From positions 125,318 through 189,317 of the forward strand of contig CAWHDX010000006.1 in assembly GCA_963828225.1 (NCBI GenBank): 64,000 nt of DNA. Direction: 5' to 3'. Shown in pieces: positions 39,006-52,182 of the stretch (the first letter of the stretch is position 1; the number at the start of each line of letters is the position of its first letter). The stretch is from an uncultured Thermoleophilaceae bacterium. GTDB lineage: Bacteria > Actinomycetota > Thermoleophilia > Solirubrobacterales > Thermoleophilaceae. The position numbers were made by a program, and so were the translations under genes. The notes below the pieces were generated by a model. It worked only from the letters and a program-made list of their open reading frames with translations. It was not told the DNA's origin and ran no database searches.

Positions 39006-39524
39006 CTACGCCAGCCCCTCGCTCTTGTACTCGCGCAGGAAGCCCTCGAACAGCCGCCGGTGGCCCTCCTCGTCGCGGAGGATCGCCGTGACCATGTCCT
39101 GCGTCACCGGGTCCTTGCCCTCGCAGAACTCGATGACCTGGTTGTAGTGCTCGATCGCGCCGGTCTCGGCCTCGATCACGCCCTTGATGACGTGGACGAT
39201 GTCGATCTGGTCGTCGGGCGGCTGCAGGTAGGACTGCTCGGCGCTGAAGTCGAGCGACCCGGGCACAACGCCGTAGAGCTCCTTGATCCGCTCGCCGAAC
39301 TGGCGCGCGTGCCCGAGCTCCTCCTGGATGTCCTCCTCGAGCGACTCGATGATCTCCTGCGCGCGCACGCCCTCGGGGTTGATCGAGTTCGCGATGTAGC
39401 TCATCACGGTCTCGATCTCCATCCAGTAGGCCGTGGTCAGCAGCTCGATGAGCTGCTCGCGCTCTCCGCTCAGCTCGTCGCTGAGGATCCCATGGCGCAG
39501 AGTGGTGTTGGTGTCGGTGGCCAT
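39006..39524 (-). CDS. ferritin-like domain protein
   Basis: 172-aa intact ORF: ELLTTAYWMEIETVMSY...EELGHARQF...EGHRRLFE. Confidence 0.8.
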   Translation of the reverse strand: MATDTNTTLRHGILSDELSGEREQLIELLTTAYWMEIETVMSYIANSINPEGVRAQEIIESLEEDIQEELGHARQFGERIKELYGVVPGSLDFSAEQSYLQPPDDQIDIVHVIKGVIEAETGAIEHYNQVIEFCEGKDPVTQDMVTAILRDEEGHRRLFEGFLREYKSEGLA

Positions 39525-39571
39525 AACGACATGGTCCCCATGGCCTCGCCCACCAAACTAGGCTGCGCACC

Positions 39572-40241
39572 ATGAGAACCGGCGCGCACCTCACCCTCCT
39601 GGCCCTGCTGCTCGTGCTCGTGGCGGTCCCCGTCGCCACGGCCACCGACCCGACGAGCAAGACCCCCGCTCAGATCACCGAGTTCTACTCGTCGGGCGCC
39701 TGGAACAAGGCGGTCGCCAAGCAGGCCAAGAAGGCGAAGGCCTGGCTCGAGAAGCGCACCAGCGCCCGCAAGGCGCCCGAAGAAGCCGGCGCTCGTGCTC
39801 GACATCGACGAGACCAGCCTCAACAACTACCCCTGCTTCGTCGAGAAGGGCGGCATCCCCTACGACTCGGCGATCAACGCCGGCTGCGTCGTCGCCTACG
39901 ACGCCCCCGCCATCAAGCCCATCCTCGGCCTCTACAAGCGCGCCAAGGCGCTCGGCGTGAAGGTCTTCTTCGTCACCGGCCGCCCCGAGGCGGAGTCGCT
40001 GCGCACCGGCACGGTCAAGAACCTCCACGACGCCGGCTACAAGGGCAAGATCGAGCTGACGATGACCCCGTCGGGCTACGCCGACGAGTCGCTCGTCCCC
40101 TACAAGAGCGGCGCGCGGCGCAAGATCCAGAAGCGCGGCTTCAAGATCCTCGCCAACGTGGGCGACCAGCAGAGCGACCTCAAGGGCGGCTTCTCGGAGC
40201 GCACGTACAAGCTGCCGAACCCGATCTACTTCACGCCATAG
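39572..40241 (+). pseudogene. secreted HAD class-B acid phosphatase, frame break near 39778
   Basis: Signal peptide MRTGAHLTLLALLLVLVAVPVATA. After ...RKAP the sense continues in ORF 39795..40241 (KKPALVLDIDETSLNNY...FFVTGRPE...GDQQSDL). Confidence 0.8.
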
Positions 40242-40361
40242 AGCACCTCGAACGCCCGCCGCGCTCGCTCTGGGACCGCCTGCTGGCGCAACCGGAGCGG
40301 GCGCCGGAGCTGATCGCGCTGGCCGCGTCGGATCGGTTCGGGCCCGCAGGCGGCGGAGTGG

Positions 40362-40865
40362 GTGCGCGTGGCCGGCGCGGGGCAGACGCCGGAGAAGCTG
40401 GCCAAGATCGCCTACCGCAAGCACGTCCGCATCGCGCGGCTCGAGGGCGGCGTGCTCGGCGTCGGCGGCGTGCTCACGGCGGCGCCGGACGTCGTCGCTC
40501 TGCTGTGGATCCAGAGCCGGATGGTCTTCTACATCGCGGCCGCCCACGGCTACGACCCGCTGCACCCGATGCGGCCGGCCGAGCTGCTCGCGCTGCAGGG
40601 CGTCTACGACACCCCCGCCGAGGCGCGCGCGGCGCTCGACGGCATGGGCAAGCCGATGGCCCAGGCCATGGTCGAGAAGGCGCTCGCTGGGCGGCAGGAC
40701 GAGCACCTGCACCGCCGGCTGCTCAAGTACCTCGCCAAGCGCATGGCGAGGCGCTACGCGGGCCGGCTGATCCCGCTCATCGGCGCGCCGCTCGGCGCGA
40801 TGCAGAACGCCGGCGTCACGAAGGAGCTCGGCCAGCGCGCGCTGTCCTACTACGCGCGCCCGTAG
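40362..40865 (+). pseudogene. EcsC-family protein; N-terminal extension appears to lie in another frame upstream (break near 40343)
   Basis: Sequence LEGGVLGVGGVLTAAPDVVALLWIQSRMVFYIAAAHGYD. The upstream text ...PELIALAASDRFGP joins QAAEWVRVAGAG if one C is removed. Confidence 0.65.
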
Positions 40866-41520
40866 ACCGGGATGGCGGCGCCGCTGGTCGGCGCGGAGTC
40901 GTCGGAGACGAGGTGGCGCACCACCTTGGCGATCTCCTCGGGCTTGACCCACTTCGAGAAGTCGGCGTCGGGCTGCGCCTCGCGGTTGGGCGGCGTGTCG
41001 ATCACGCTCGGCAGGATCGCGTTGCAGCGGATGCCGTCGCCCTTGTACTCGGCGTCGAGCGCCTGGATCAGGGCGAGCAGCGCGGCCTTGCCCGCGATGT
41101 ACGCGGCCGCGCCCGGGAACGGCCGCAGCGCGGCGCGCGCGGACACCCCGACGAACGCGCCGCCGCCGCGCTCGATCAGCCGCGGCATCGCCGCGCGCGC
41201 GAGCAGGAAGGCCGGCTTCACGTTGAGTCTGCAGCAGCGCGTCGAACTGCTCCGGGTCGGTCTCGTGCACGCGCGGGCCCTGGGCGTAGCCGCCGACCAG
41301 GTTCACGACCGCCTCGAGCTCCGCGACGCCCGCGACGGCGGCCTGCGTCGGCGTCCGCGTCGAACAGGTCCGCCTCGACCAGCTCGACGTCCTCGGACGC
41401 CAGCCGCTCGCGCTCGCGCTCGGCCACCCAGGTGGCCGTGACCGCGTAGCCGGAGGCGAGCAGCTCGCGCACCACGGCGGTGCCGAGAAAGCCCGTTCCC
41501 CCGGCGACGAGCACCGTCAT
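40850..41520 (-). pseudogene. SDR-family NAD(P)-dependent oxidoreductase, frame breaks near 41229 and 41343
   Basis: Three pieces: MTVLVAGGTGFLGTAVV..., then AAVAGVAELEAVVNLVGGYAQGP...FDALLQ, then LNVKPAFLLARAAMPRL...YIAGKAAL... Confidence 0.8.
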
Positions 41521-41590
41521 GAGGCCGGGGGGCGAGTCCATTCAGCGGCAGGCTATCCCGTCCGGGTTCGGTTCTACCGTGGCCTTCCAG

Positions 41591-42582
41591 ATGGAGCAGC
41601 CCACGCTCACCCCGGCGAAGTGCTTCGTGCGCGACCTCGTGGACGGCCAGGAGGTCGACGCGATCTTCGTCGTGCGGGCCCGCAACCGCCGCCAGAAGCG
41701 CAACGGCGAGGCCTTCCTGAAGCTCCAGCTCGGGGACGTCACGGGCTCGGTGGAAGGGCGTCGTCTGGGACGGCGTCGACGAGCTCGACGGCGCTCTGCC
41801 AGGGCGGCGCCGTCGTGCGCGTGCTGGGTCGCTACTCGGTCGACGAGCGCTACGGCGCCGGCATCACGATCCGGCGCATGCGCGCCGCGATCGAGGGCGA
41901 GTACCAGCTCGCCGACCTCGCCGAGTGCGCCGCCGGTTCCCTACGGGCAGATGGCGGCCGACCTGACGTCGCTCGTCGAGACGGTCCAGCGCCCGCACCT
42001 GCGCGAGCTGCTCGACCGGCTGGTCGACCCGGCCACGCCGATCGGGCGGGCCTACCACGAGGCGCCGGCGGCCAAGTACTACCACCAGGCCTACCGCCAC
42101 GGGCTGCTCGAGCACTGCCTGTCGGTGGCCCAGGGCGTGAGCGCGCTGGCCGCGACCTTCCCCGGGATCGACCGCGACGTCGCGGTCTCCGGCGCGCTGC
42201 TGCACGACATCGGCAAGGTCGAGACCTACCGCTCGCGCAACGGCGCGATCGAGCTCACCGACGCCGGCAAGCTGCTCGGCGAGATCCCGCTCGGCTACTA
42301 CCGCGTCCGGCGCACGATCGAGCAGATCGAGGGCTTCCCGCGCCCCGACGCCGAGGCGCTGCTCCACATCATCCTCAGCCACCACGGCAAGCTCGAGCAC
42401 GGCAGCCCGGTGTGCCCTGCACGCGCGAGGCCACGCTGGTGCACTTCATCGACAACCTGGGCGGCAACCTGGGCAGCTTCGACCGCATCGAGAAGGCGCT
42501 CGCCGAGGGCGCCAGCTGGTCGGACTTCGACCGCGGCCTGGCGACCGCGGCCTACTTCGGCGCGCGCGAGCAGGCCGCTTAG
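41591..42582 (+). pseudogene. OB-fold plus HD-domain 3'-5' exoribonuclease (YhaM-like), at least four frame breaks
   Basis: Pieces in alternating frames. They read FVRDLVDGQEVDAIFVV..., GVVWDGVDELDGAL, QGGAVVRVLGRYSV..., PVPYGQMAADL...LLHDIGKVE...ILSHHGKLEHGSPV, and PCTREATLVHFIDNLGG... Confidence 0.8.
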
Positions 42583-42649
42583 CTCGCAAATTGCGGGGCC
42601 ACGCGGGGGCGTGACGCCCGCGGTTTCCCGCTTATCTTCGGGACCGCCC

Positions 42650-44687
42650 ATGGCCAAGGACACCGAGAAGCTCATCCGTCAGCTGTCGCTGATCTCGTTC
42701 CTGATGGCGGAGCGCCGGCCGGTGTCCGCGCTCGAGATCAAGCAGGACGTCGAGGGCTACTCGCAGATGAACGACGAGGCCTTCGCGCGGCGCTTCTACG
42801 CCGACCGCGCGGAGCTCGACTCGCTCGGCATCCACCTCAAGGTCGACAAGCCCGCCGAGGGCTACTACGAGGCCGAGAACTACTCGCTGCCGCCCGAGAA
42901 CTTCTACCTCCCGGCGATCGAGTTCACCGACGAGGAGCTGGGCGCGCTGCGCATGTCGCTGTCGCTGCTCGACGGCGAGTTCGCCTACGCCGAGCCGCTG
43001 CGGCTCGCGCTGCAGCAGCTCTCCTGGGGCAAGCCGTCGCCGCTCGACGCGCCCGAGGAGCTGTCGGTGGCGCTGGCCGTCACCGCCGGCGCCGGCGGGC
43101 GCGACCTGTCGCAGCGCCTGTCGAAGGTCGAGACCGCGATCTTCCGGCGCAAGACGATCGTGTTCGACTACTACACGATCGGCCGCGACACGGTGGAGCC
43201 GCGCAAGGTCGACCCCTACCACCTGCTCTACAAGGGCGGGCAGTTCTACCTGATCGGCCACTCGCACGAGCGCGACGACACGCGCGTGTTCCGCGTCTCG
43301 CGCATCCGCGGCAAGGTCGGCTACTCGTCCAAGGCCGAGCACGACTTCAACCGCCCCGAGGACTTCGACCCGCGCGACTACGCGATCCGCACCGACTGGC
43401 AGCTGGGCGAGCCGATCGGGCGCGCCCGCATCTGGCTGAGCGACCGCATCGACTGGCTGGCGCTGCGCCACTTCGGCCACGCCGGCGAGGTGACCGAGGT
43501 CGACGACGGCGTCATCTTCGAGACCGACTACGCCAACGCGCGCCAGATGGTCTCCTGGGTGCTCGGCCTCGGCCGAGCACGCGCGCGTCGAGGGCCCGCC
43601 CGAGCTGGTGGAGGAGGCGCGCGCGCGGCTCGAGCTGATCGCCGAGCGCCACGCCAACCCGCCGGAGCTCGCCGCCGGCGCGCCGCCGGTCGTGGAGGAG
43701 GTCGAGGAGGACGACGACCGCGAGAGCTCGCCGATCCGCCCCGAGCGCTTCGCCCGGCTGGTCACGCTCGCCGGCATCCTGATCGACACCGCGCGCGAGG
43801 GCCGCAAGCTCGAGCTGTCCGAGCTGTGCGAGCGCCTCCAGAGTCAGCGAGCAGGAGCTGCGCCAGGACGTCGACGTGCTCAACGTCGTCAACTTCGGCG
43901 GCGGCTCGTACGTGCTCTACGCGGAGGTGCAGGGCGACCAGATCGAGGTCGACCCCGAGCCCTACGGCGACAACTTCGCGCGCCCGGCGCGGCTGCTGCC
44001 GCTCGAGGCAAAGGCGCTGGTGGCGGCGATCGACCTGATCGGCGAGCACCTGCCCGAGGGGTCGCTGCAACAGCGCGCGCCAGAAGATCGTCGACGCGCT
44101 CGGCCAGGACCCCGCGCAGGAGGGCCTCCAGATCACCACCGCCAAGGGCGACGACTCGGAGATCGCCCGGGTCGTCAGCGGCGCGATCGCGGCGCACCGG
44201 ATGCTCGAGATCGAGCACTACAAGGAGGAGCTCGACGAGTTCACCAAGCGCCGCATCGAGCCCTACAAGCTGATGAACGGCCAGGAGGGCTGGTACGTGC
44301 ACGCGTGGGATCCCGACAAGGACGACACGCGCTCGTTCCGGCTCGACCGGATCCGCTCGGCGACCGTCCTCGACGAGAGCTTCGAGCCGCGGCCGGGGAT
44401 CGAGCCCGACGTCCACGGCTGGCCGCGCACCGGCGAGGTCGCCGACGCCCGGCTGCGCCCGCGTCTGGATGGCGCCCGAGCGCGCGCGCTGGGCGCGCGA
44501 GGACAAGCGCGTCGTGTCAGAGCTGGCCGACGGCGCGGTGATCGTCGAGCTGCCCTACGCCGGGCACCGCTACCTGGCGCGCGAGCTGCTCAAGGAGGCC
44601 GGCGACGCGGTCGTGCTCGAGCCCGAGGACGCCCGCCAGGCGGTGCTGGAAGCCGCCGAGGTGCTGGCGGGCGCCGTCAAGGGCTAG
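42650..44687 (+). pseudogene. fused PafB/PafC-like regulator (two HTH-WYL-WCX units in one reading unit), about four frame breaks
   Basis: First unit is intact (MAKDTEKLIRQLSLISFL..., IVFDYYTIGRD..YHLLYKGGQFYLIGH). Sense then hops frames near 43573, 43841, 44068 and 44458, through a second HTH, a second WYL (IEPYKLMNGQEGWYVHAWD) and ...VLAGAVKG*. I saw no stop between the two units in the reconstructed frames. Confidence 0.75.
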
Positions 44688-44900
44688 CGCCGGTCGGGGC
44701 AGCGCCCCGGGAGAGGTCGCGCGGTGCCGATCGCAAATCGACCCCACCCCCTCTCCTCGAAGGGGGGTGGGCACGTTTGTCGCCCTCTGACGATGCAAAA
44801 CGCTCCCAGGCCCTCGCGCCCACCGGCCGTGGGCGCGATTGTGGTCCGATGGGAAGCGAAGCGGTCCCACCCCCGCCGGGCTGCCCTTTGATGCTGCCGT

Positions 44901-47393
44901 TTAGCGCGGCCGGGGGCCCGGCGGCGGAAGCCGACCGCGCCGAAGCCCGCCTAGCCGGCCGCCTTCGCCGCGCGCGATCGCCGCCCGGCTGCAGACCCGG
45001 CCGACGTCGATGCGGTCGCCGCGGTCCACGACCACGTCGCGCATCGCGCGCACGCGGCCCTCCTCGTCCTCGCAGGTCAGCTGCCAGGCCTCCTTGGGCC
45101 CGTAGAAGCGCGGCGTCGGGCTGCGGAACATCACGTTGCCGCCGCTCCAGTCGTCGAGGCGGCGCCGTCGACCTGGTCGAAGTTGACCACGTGGGCGACG
45201 TACTGCCCGGGCGGCGGGTCGACCAGCACGGCGTCCTCGGTCGTGTCGCCGAACGAGGCCGACTGCGTGACGACCTCACCGCCGGGCCTGACCACGTACA
45301 GGTCCCAGTCGGTCTCGGGGTTGCCCCACTCGATGTGCACGGTCATGCGGCCGTTGTCCACGGCCGGCGGCCCGGCACGGTGAACGGGATCGCCTCGTAG
45401 GCGCCCGGCGGCGTAGTCGCCCTCGATGTTCTCGGCGGGCTGGCCGGCCGGGTTCGCGAGCGCGATGTCGCGCCTGCTTCGGCCCGACGGGGTCACGCCC
45501 GTTGCGGCCGGCCACGACCGGCCGGGTCGACGGGTTCACGTGCCAGTCGAAGCGCCCGCCGTCCGAGCTGATAGCGGTAGTCGAGCGCGTCCGGGAACAG
45601 CTGCGCCGGCCCGGTCTCGTTGCCGAAGTGTCCGTGCCACACCGGCGACGTGGTCGTCATGAAGCTCTTGTGGATGCCCAGCGTCCAGCCCTTCGGCGCC
45701 TTGCCCGTGATCAGCGAGTGGTCGCGCCGTTGGCCGTGGACTTCAGCATCTCGTAGTAGGCCTCGCGGTTGCCGCCCTTGCCGGCGCCCGCCGCGGGCGT
45801 CAGCCCGAGGTACTCGGCGACCACGCCCTGCTGGTAGGGCGGGTGGAACTCGACGTCGCCGATCTCGAACGTGTAGCCGAGGCTGCCGGCGGCCCAGAAC
45901 GTCCAGTCCTCCGTCGAGCCGGTCGTGTCGTACAGCCCGTAGCCCGGGATGTTCGAGTAGCCGTTGTGGCCGGCCATGCGCGCGCCGAGGTCCTTCATCA
46001 GCGGGTCCTCGAGCGGCGGCCCCACGTCCACGACGCCCGGCGGGCGCAGGATCAGGTTCGAGAACGTGTGGTTGGTGATCAGGTTGGTGATCCCGCGCGT
46101 GGACTGCAGCTCGCGGATGTTCTGGCTCTCCGGCTCCGAGAACGGGCCGGTGCCGCGGAAGGTCTCGTCGAGCGGGTCGATGCTCGCGCCCGGGCCGCCC
46201 CAGAAGGCGCCGTAGTTGCGGTTGATGTCCACGCCCAGCAGGCGACCCGACGGAGCTGTTCTCGCAGGTGCCCGTCTGCCCCGGGTCGGGCCAGCAGTTC
46301 TTGCGCTTCATCTCGTAGGAGAACGGGTCGAACTCGGTCTCGGGCGGCGCGTCGGGCGCCTCGCGCGAGATGTTGAAGCCGTCCGGGTTCACGACCGGGA
46401 TCACGATGTTGCGCGTGGCGCTGACGAGCCTCGTCGTGCGGCGCTGCTTGCCGTAGTTGGTCAGCAGGTCGTAGGCCCACTCGATCGTGTGCTCGGCCGA
46501 GGGCCACTCGCGCGCGTGGTGCGTGCCCATGTTCGCGAAGATCGGCTTGCCGTCGTTCAGGTTGAACGGGTCGGTGGCGATCTCGATGCCGACCACGTCA
46601 CGGCCGAGGTGCGTGCGGTGCGCCAGCGTGAACGGCCGCACGAGCCGCGGGTAGCGCTTCGCGAGCAGCTTCAGCTCGAGCTCGTAGTCGGCGAGGTGGC
46701 GGTAGCTGGTGCGCCCGCTCGGCAGCGCGCTGCCGCCGGCCTGCGCGGCGCGCGCGGCGTAGCGGCGGTCGGCGCGCCGGTTGGCCTCGACCCGCTTCTC
46801 GAGGTCGGCGATGCGGACCGTGTAGCGGAACTTCGCCGCGCGCAGCTTCTGCGCGTCCTGCTCGCCGTAGAGCACGACGTCGATCGAGTCGGCGTCGCCG
46901 TGCTCGGTCAGGTCCAGGCCGAGGCGCTGCAGCCGCTGCTTGTCGGCGTGCGTCGGGGTCGAGACCTCGACGACCTGCGTGGCGCCGGAGTTGCCGGGCT
47001 TGCGTCTGGGCGATGAACGACACCGACACGCGCGCACGCGAGGAGCGCCCGGCGAAGCGGCACGCCTTGACGATCAGGCGCTGGCCCTTGGTGACGTAGC
47101 CCTCGGCGAGCTCGTTGCCGCGGAAGGCGGCCGAAGCCGGCCACCAGGCGCTTCGTCCGCGCGTCGAAGACGGCGAGGTCCCAGTCGCCGCGGCTGCGGA
47201 GCCGCGCGCGCACCAGTCCCTCGGCGGAGGAGGTGACCCGCAGTCTCTCGGTGGCCGCGGCCTTGCCCGCGAGGCGCGTCTGACAGCCCTTGGCCACGGA
47301 CTTCGAGGCGGTGACTGTGGTGGACGGGGCGGCGGCTGCGCTCGCCGGGAGGGCCGCGAGGCCGACCGTGAGCGCCAGAATCCCTCTCCTCAT
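44901..47393 (-). pseudogene. secreted M14-family zinc carboxypeptidase with extra N- and C-terminal domains, at least eight frame breaks; 3' end uncertain (44901 or about 44951)
   Basis: Signal peptide MRRGILALTVGLAALPASAAAA. Zn motif GTHHAREWPS, then DINRNYG and NHTFSNLILRPPG. The pieces are spread over ORFs 46908..47393, 46598..47029, 45493..47037, 45711..46232, 45276..45539, 45131..45496 and 44901..45134. Confidence 0.75.
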
Positions 47394-47424
47394 ATGCCGC
47401 GACTACCCGGTTACGCTGCGGCCT

Positions 47425-47913
47425 ATGCCATCGCGCCGCGACCAGATCTCGATGACCGAGGACGAGCTGCTGGCCTTCCTCGGCGAGCAGATGGTCATGC
47501 AGTGCGCGACCAGCGGGCCGCGCGGGCTGCCCGCACATGATGCCGCTGTGGTTCGTCAGCGAGATCCCCGACGCGGCCGAGCCGCGCTTCGGCATCGAGC
47601 TGCTCGGCTGGACCTACGCGAAGTCGCAGAAGGCGCGAACCTGGAGCGCGATCCGCGCGCGACGATCGGCATCGAGGACGGCGTCCTCTACCACGAGCTG
47701 CGCGGCGTGACGTTCGAGTGCGACGTCGAGCTCGAGCGGGAACCGGAGCGAGTCGAGGCGTATGGACTTAGGCTCTTCGAGCGTTATGCCGGTGAGCTCA
47801 CGCCCGAGATCCGCGACATGGTCGCCCAGCAGGCCCGCAAGCGCGTCGGCATGCGCTTCGTCCCGGTTCGCACGATGAGCTGGGACCACGGCAAGCTCGG
47901 CGGCACGTACTAG
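47425..47913 (+). CDS. PPOX-class (pyridoxamine 5'-phosphate oxidase-like) F420-type protein; about 30 internal codons appear out of frame
   Basis: ATG at 47425 within open ORF 47290..47913. Between about 47533 and 47632 an adjacent frame reads HMMPLWFVSEIPDAAEPRFGIELLGWTYAKSQK, which fits the family better. Confidence 0.75.
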   Translation: MPSRRDQISMTEDELLAFLGEQMVMQCATSGPRGLPAHDAAVVRQRDPRRGRAALRHRAARLDLREVAEGANLERDPRATIGIEDGVLYHELRGVTFECDVELEREPERVEAYGLRLFERYAGELTPEIRDMVAQQARKRVGMRFVPVRTMSWDHGKLGGTY

Positions 47914-47915
47914 CC

Positions 47916-48982
47916 ATGCGCGGCCTGATCCTGTCCGGCGGCAAGGGGACCCGCCTGCGGCCCCTGACCCACACGAGCGCCAAGCAGCTCGTGCCGGTCG
48001 CCAACAAGCCCGTGCTCTTCTACGGCATCGAGGCGATGGCCGCCGCCGGGATCGAGGAGATCGGCATCATCATCGCCCCCGAGACCGGCGACGAGATCCG
48101 CGCGGCCGACCGGCGACGGCGACGCCTTCGGCGTGTCGATCGAGTACATCGAGCAGGACGCGCCGAGCGGCCTGGCGCACGCCGTGCTCACCGCGGAGAA
48201 GTTCATCGGCGACTCGCCGTTCGTGATGTACCTCGGCGACAACCTGCTGCGCGACGGGATCGTCGACCTGGTCGAGACGTTCCGCAGCGACCAGCCCGAC
48301 GCGCTGATCCTGCTGACGCCGGTGTCCGACCCGGAGCACTACGGCGTCGCCGAGCTCGAGGACGGGCGGGTGTCGCGCGCCTGGTCGAGAAGCCGAAGGA
48401 GCCGAAGACCGACCTCGCGCTGGTCGGCGTGTACATGTTCAACACCTCGATCTTCGACGCCGCGCGCGCGATCGAGCCGTCCTGGCGCGGCGAGCTCGAG
48501 ATCACCGACGCGATCCAGGCGCTGGTCGACCGCGGCCTGCGCGTCGACCCCCACATCGTGCACGGCTGGTGGAAGGACACCGGCCAGGTGCAGGACATGC
48601 TCGAGGCCAACCGCCTGATCCTGGACGACATCGAGGAGAGCCTCGGCCGGCGAGCTCGTGGACACGCGCGTCGAGGGCCGCGTCTGCATCGCCGAGGGCG
48701 CGCGGCTCGAGCGCGCGACCGTGCGCGGCCCGGCGATCGTCGGCCGCGGCAGCCGCATCACGAACGCCTACATCGGCCCGTACACGGCGATCGGCGAGGA
48801 CGTGACGATCGACGGCGCCGAGCTCGAGCACTCGATCGTGCATGTCGGGCTCCTCGATCTCCGACCTGGACTACCGCATCGAGGCGAGCCTGATCGGCAA
48901 GAACGTGCGCATCGGCCGCGGCCCGGCCGCTCCCGAAGGCCTACCGCTTCGTGGTCGGCGACAACGCGGACGTGCAGATCCT

Positions 48983-48986
<4 letters not shown>
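47916..48986 (+). pseudogene. rmlA: glucose-1-phosphate thymidylyltransferase (long form with left-handed beta-helix tail), about five frame breaks
   Basis: MRGLILSGGKGTRLRPLT..SAKQLVPVANKP, then pieces in ORFs 48133, 47916, 48658 and 48842, ending ...YRFVVGDNADVQIL*. Confidence 0.85.
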
Positions 48987-50742
<1,756 letters not shown>

Positions 50743-50746
<4 letters not shown>

Positions 50747-52092
50747 CCGGCGGGCAGCACGTTGGCGTTGAGCCGGAAGAAGTTCTCCGGGTCGTAGGTC
50801 GCCTTCACCTCGGCCAGCCGCTGGAGGTTGCGCCCGAAGGCGGTCTCCACGCCGGCCTGCGGCGCCTCGTCGGCGCGGCCCGTGAAGTTGAGGTACACGG
50901 AGCCGTTGCCGAACTCGCCGATCGCCGACCAGGTCGAGCGGACCCAGTCGATGTTGGCCCGGTCGTCGGCCGCGGAGGACCACATGCCGTCGATCGAGGT
51001 CATGTACGGCGACGTCCGCTCGGCGAACGCCGTGTCCTCCTCGCCGACGTTCCCGATCGCCCCGCCCATGTGGAACATGTTGACCAGCGTCAACGGAGCC
51101 GGCCGGTCCTGCGCCTTCGCGGCGAACACGTCGATCGCGCCGTCGCTCAGCTCGTCGAGGTACTGCGACTTCCAGTAGGCCCGCAGCGCGTCCCGCGGGA
51201 AGAGCGGGTCGAAGCCGGTCTGGACGCCGGTGAACGGCGTCGGGCCGGACATGTCGAACAGCACCGTGCCGAGCTCGCGCAGGGGCTGCATCTCGGCGAG
51301 GCCCGCCTCGACGCCGCCGGTGTGGACGCCGCCGATGATCGCGACGGGCCGGTCGTGGACCGCCGCCGGCATGTCGGGGTTCGCCGGGAAGGTGATCGTC
51401 ACGCACGTCGACGTCACCTCGTCCGGGGCCTGCTCCACGTACTCGCGCCAGCCGCGCAGCACCTGGCCGACCTCCTCGACCGGGTACATCGTCGCCGCGA
51501 AGGCCACGTCCGGTCCGAGCGGGTGCAGGGCGAACGTGAACGACGTGACGATGCCGAAGTTGCCGCCGCCGCCGCGGATCGCCCAGTACAGGTCGGGGTT
51601 CGACGCGGCCGACGCGATCCGGACCTCGCCGTCCGCGCACACGACCTCGGCCTCGACGACGCTGTCGCACGAGAGGCCGTACTTGCGCCGCACCCAGCCG
51701 TAGCCGCCGCCGAGCGTGAGGCCGGCGACGCCGGTGTCGGAGACCACGCCGCCCGGGGCGACCAGGCCGAAGGGCTGGGTCGCGGCGTCGACGTCGCTCC
51801 AGAGCGCGCCGCCGCCGACGAGCGCCAGGCGCTGGCCGGGATCGACCTCGACGGTCGACATCGGCGCGAGGTCGATCAGCATGCCGCCCTCGATCGTCGA
51901 GTGCCCGGCGATCGAGTGACCGCCGCCGCTGACCGCGACGCGCAGCCCGCGCCGGCGGGCCTCGTCGACGGCCGCCACCACGTCGGCGGTGCTGTGGCAG
52001 GTCGCGACCACGTCGGGCCGGCTGCGATGCATCGCGTTGAAGACCGCTCGGGTCTCGGCAGGCGCGGTCGCCTGCGCTGCTTGGGTGGACAT
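50743..52092 (-). CDS. FAD-binding oxidoreductase with berberine-bridge-like C-terminal domain
   Basis: 449-aa intact ORF: VAVSGGGHS..., C-terminal YDPENFFRLNANVLP. Confidence 0.85.
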
Positions 52093-52182
52093 GACTGTCC
52101 CCTTTCATTGGAGTCCACGGTGCAGGCTGGCGGCTGCGGGGAAGCCGCTGTGTGCGACTGATCACGACCGCTAACGTCGAAC

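Noticed and set aside
44688-44900. 213-nt convergent intergenic region with several hairpins (also GCGCCCACCGGCCGTGGGCGC), considered as a small RNA gene.
   Set aside because: It has no conserved motif I can name and sits between two 3' ends, which fits bidirectional termination. The M14 3' end is itself uncertain.
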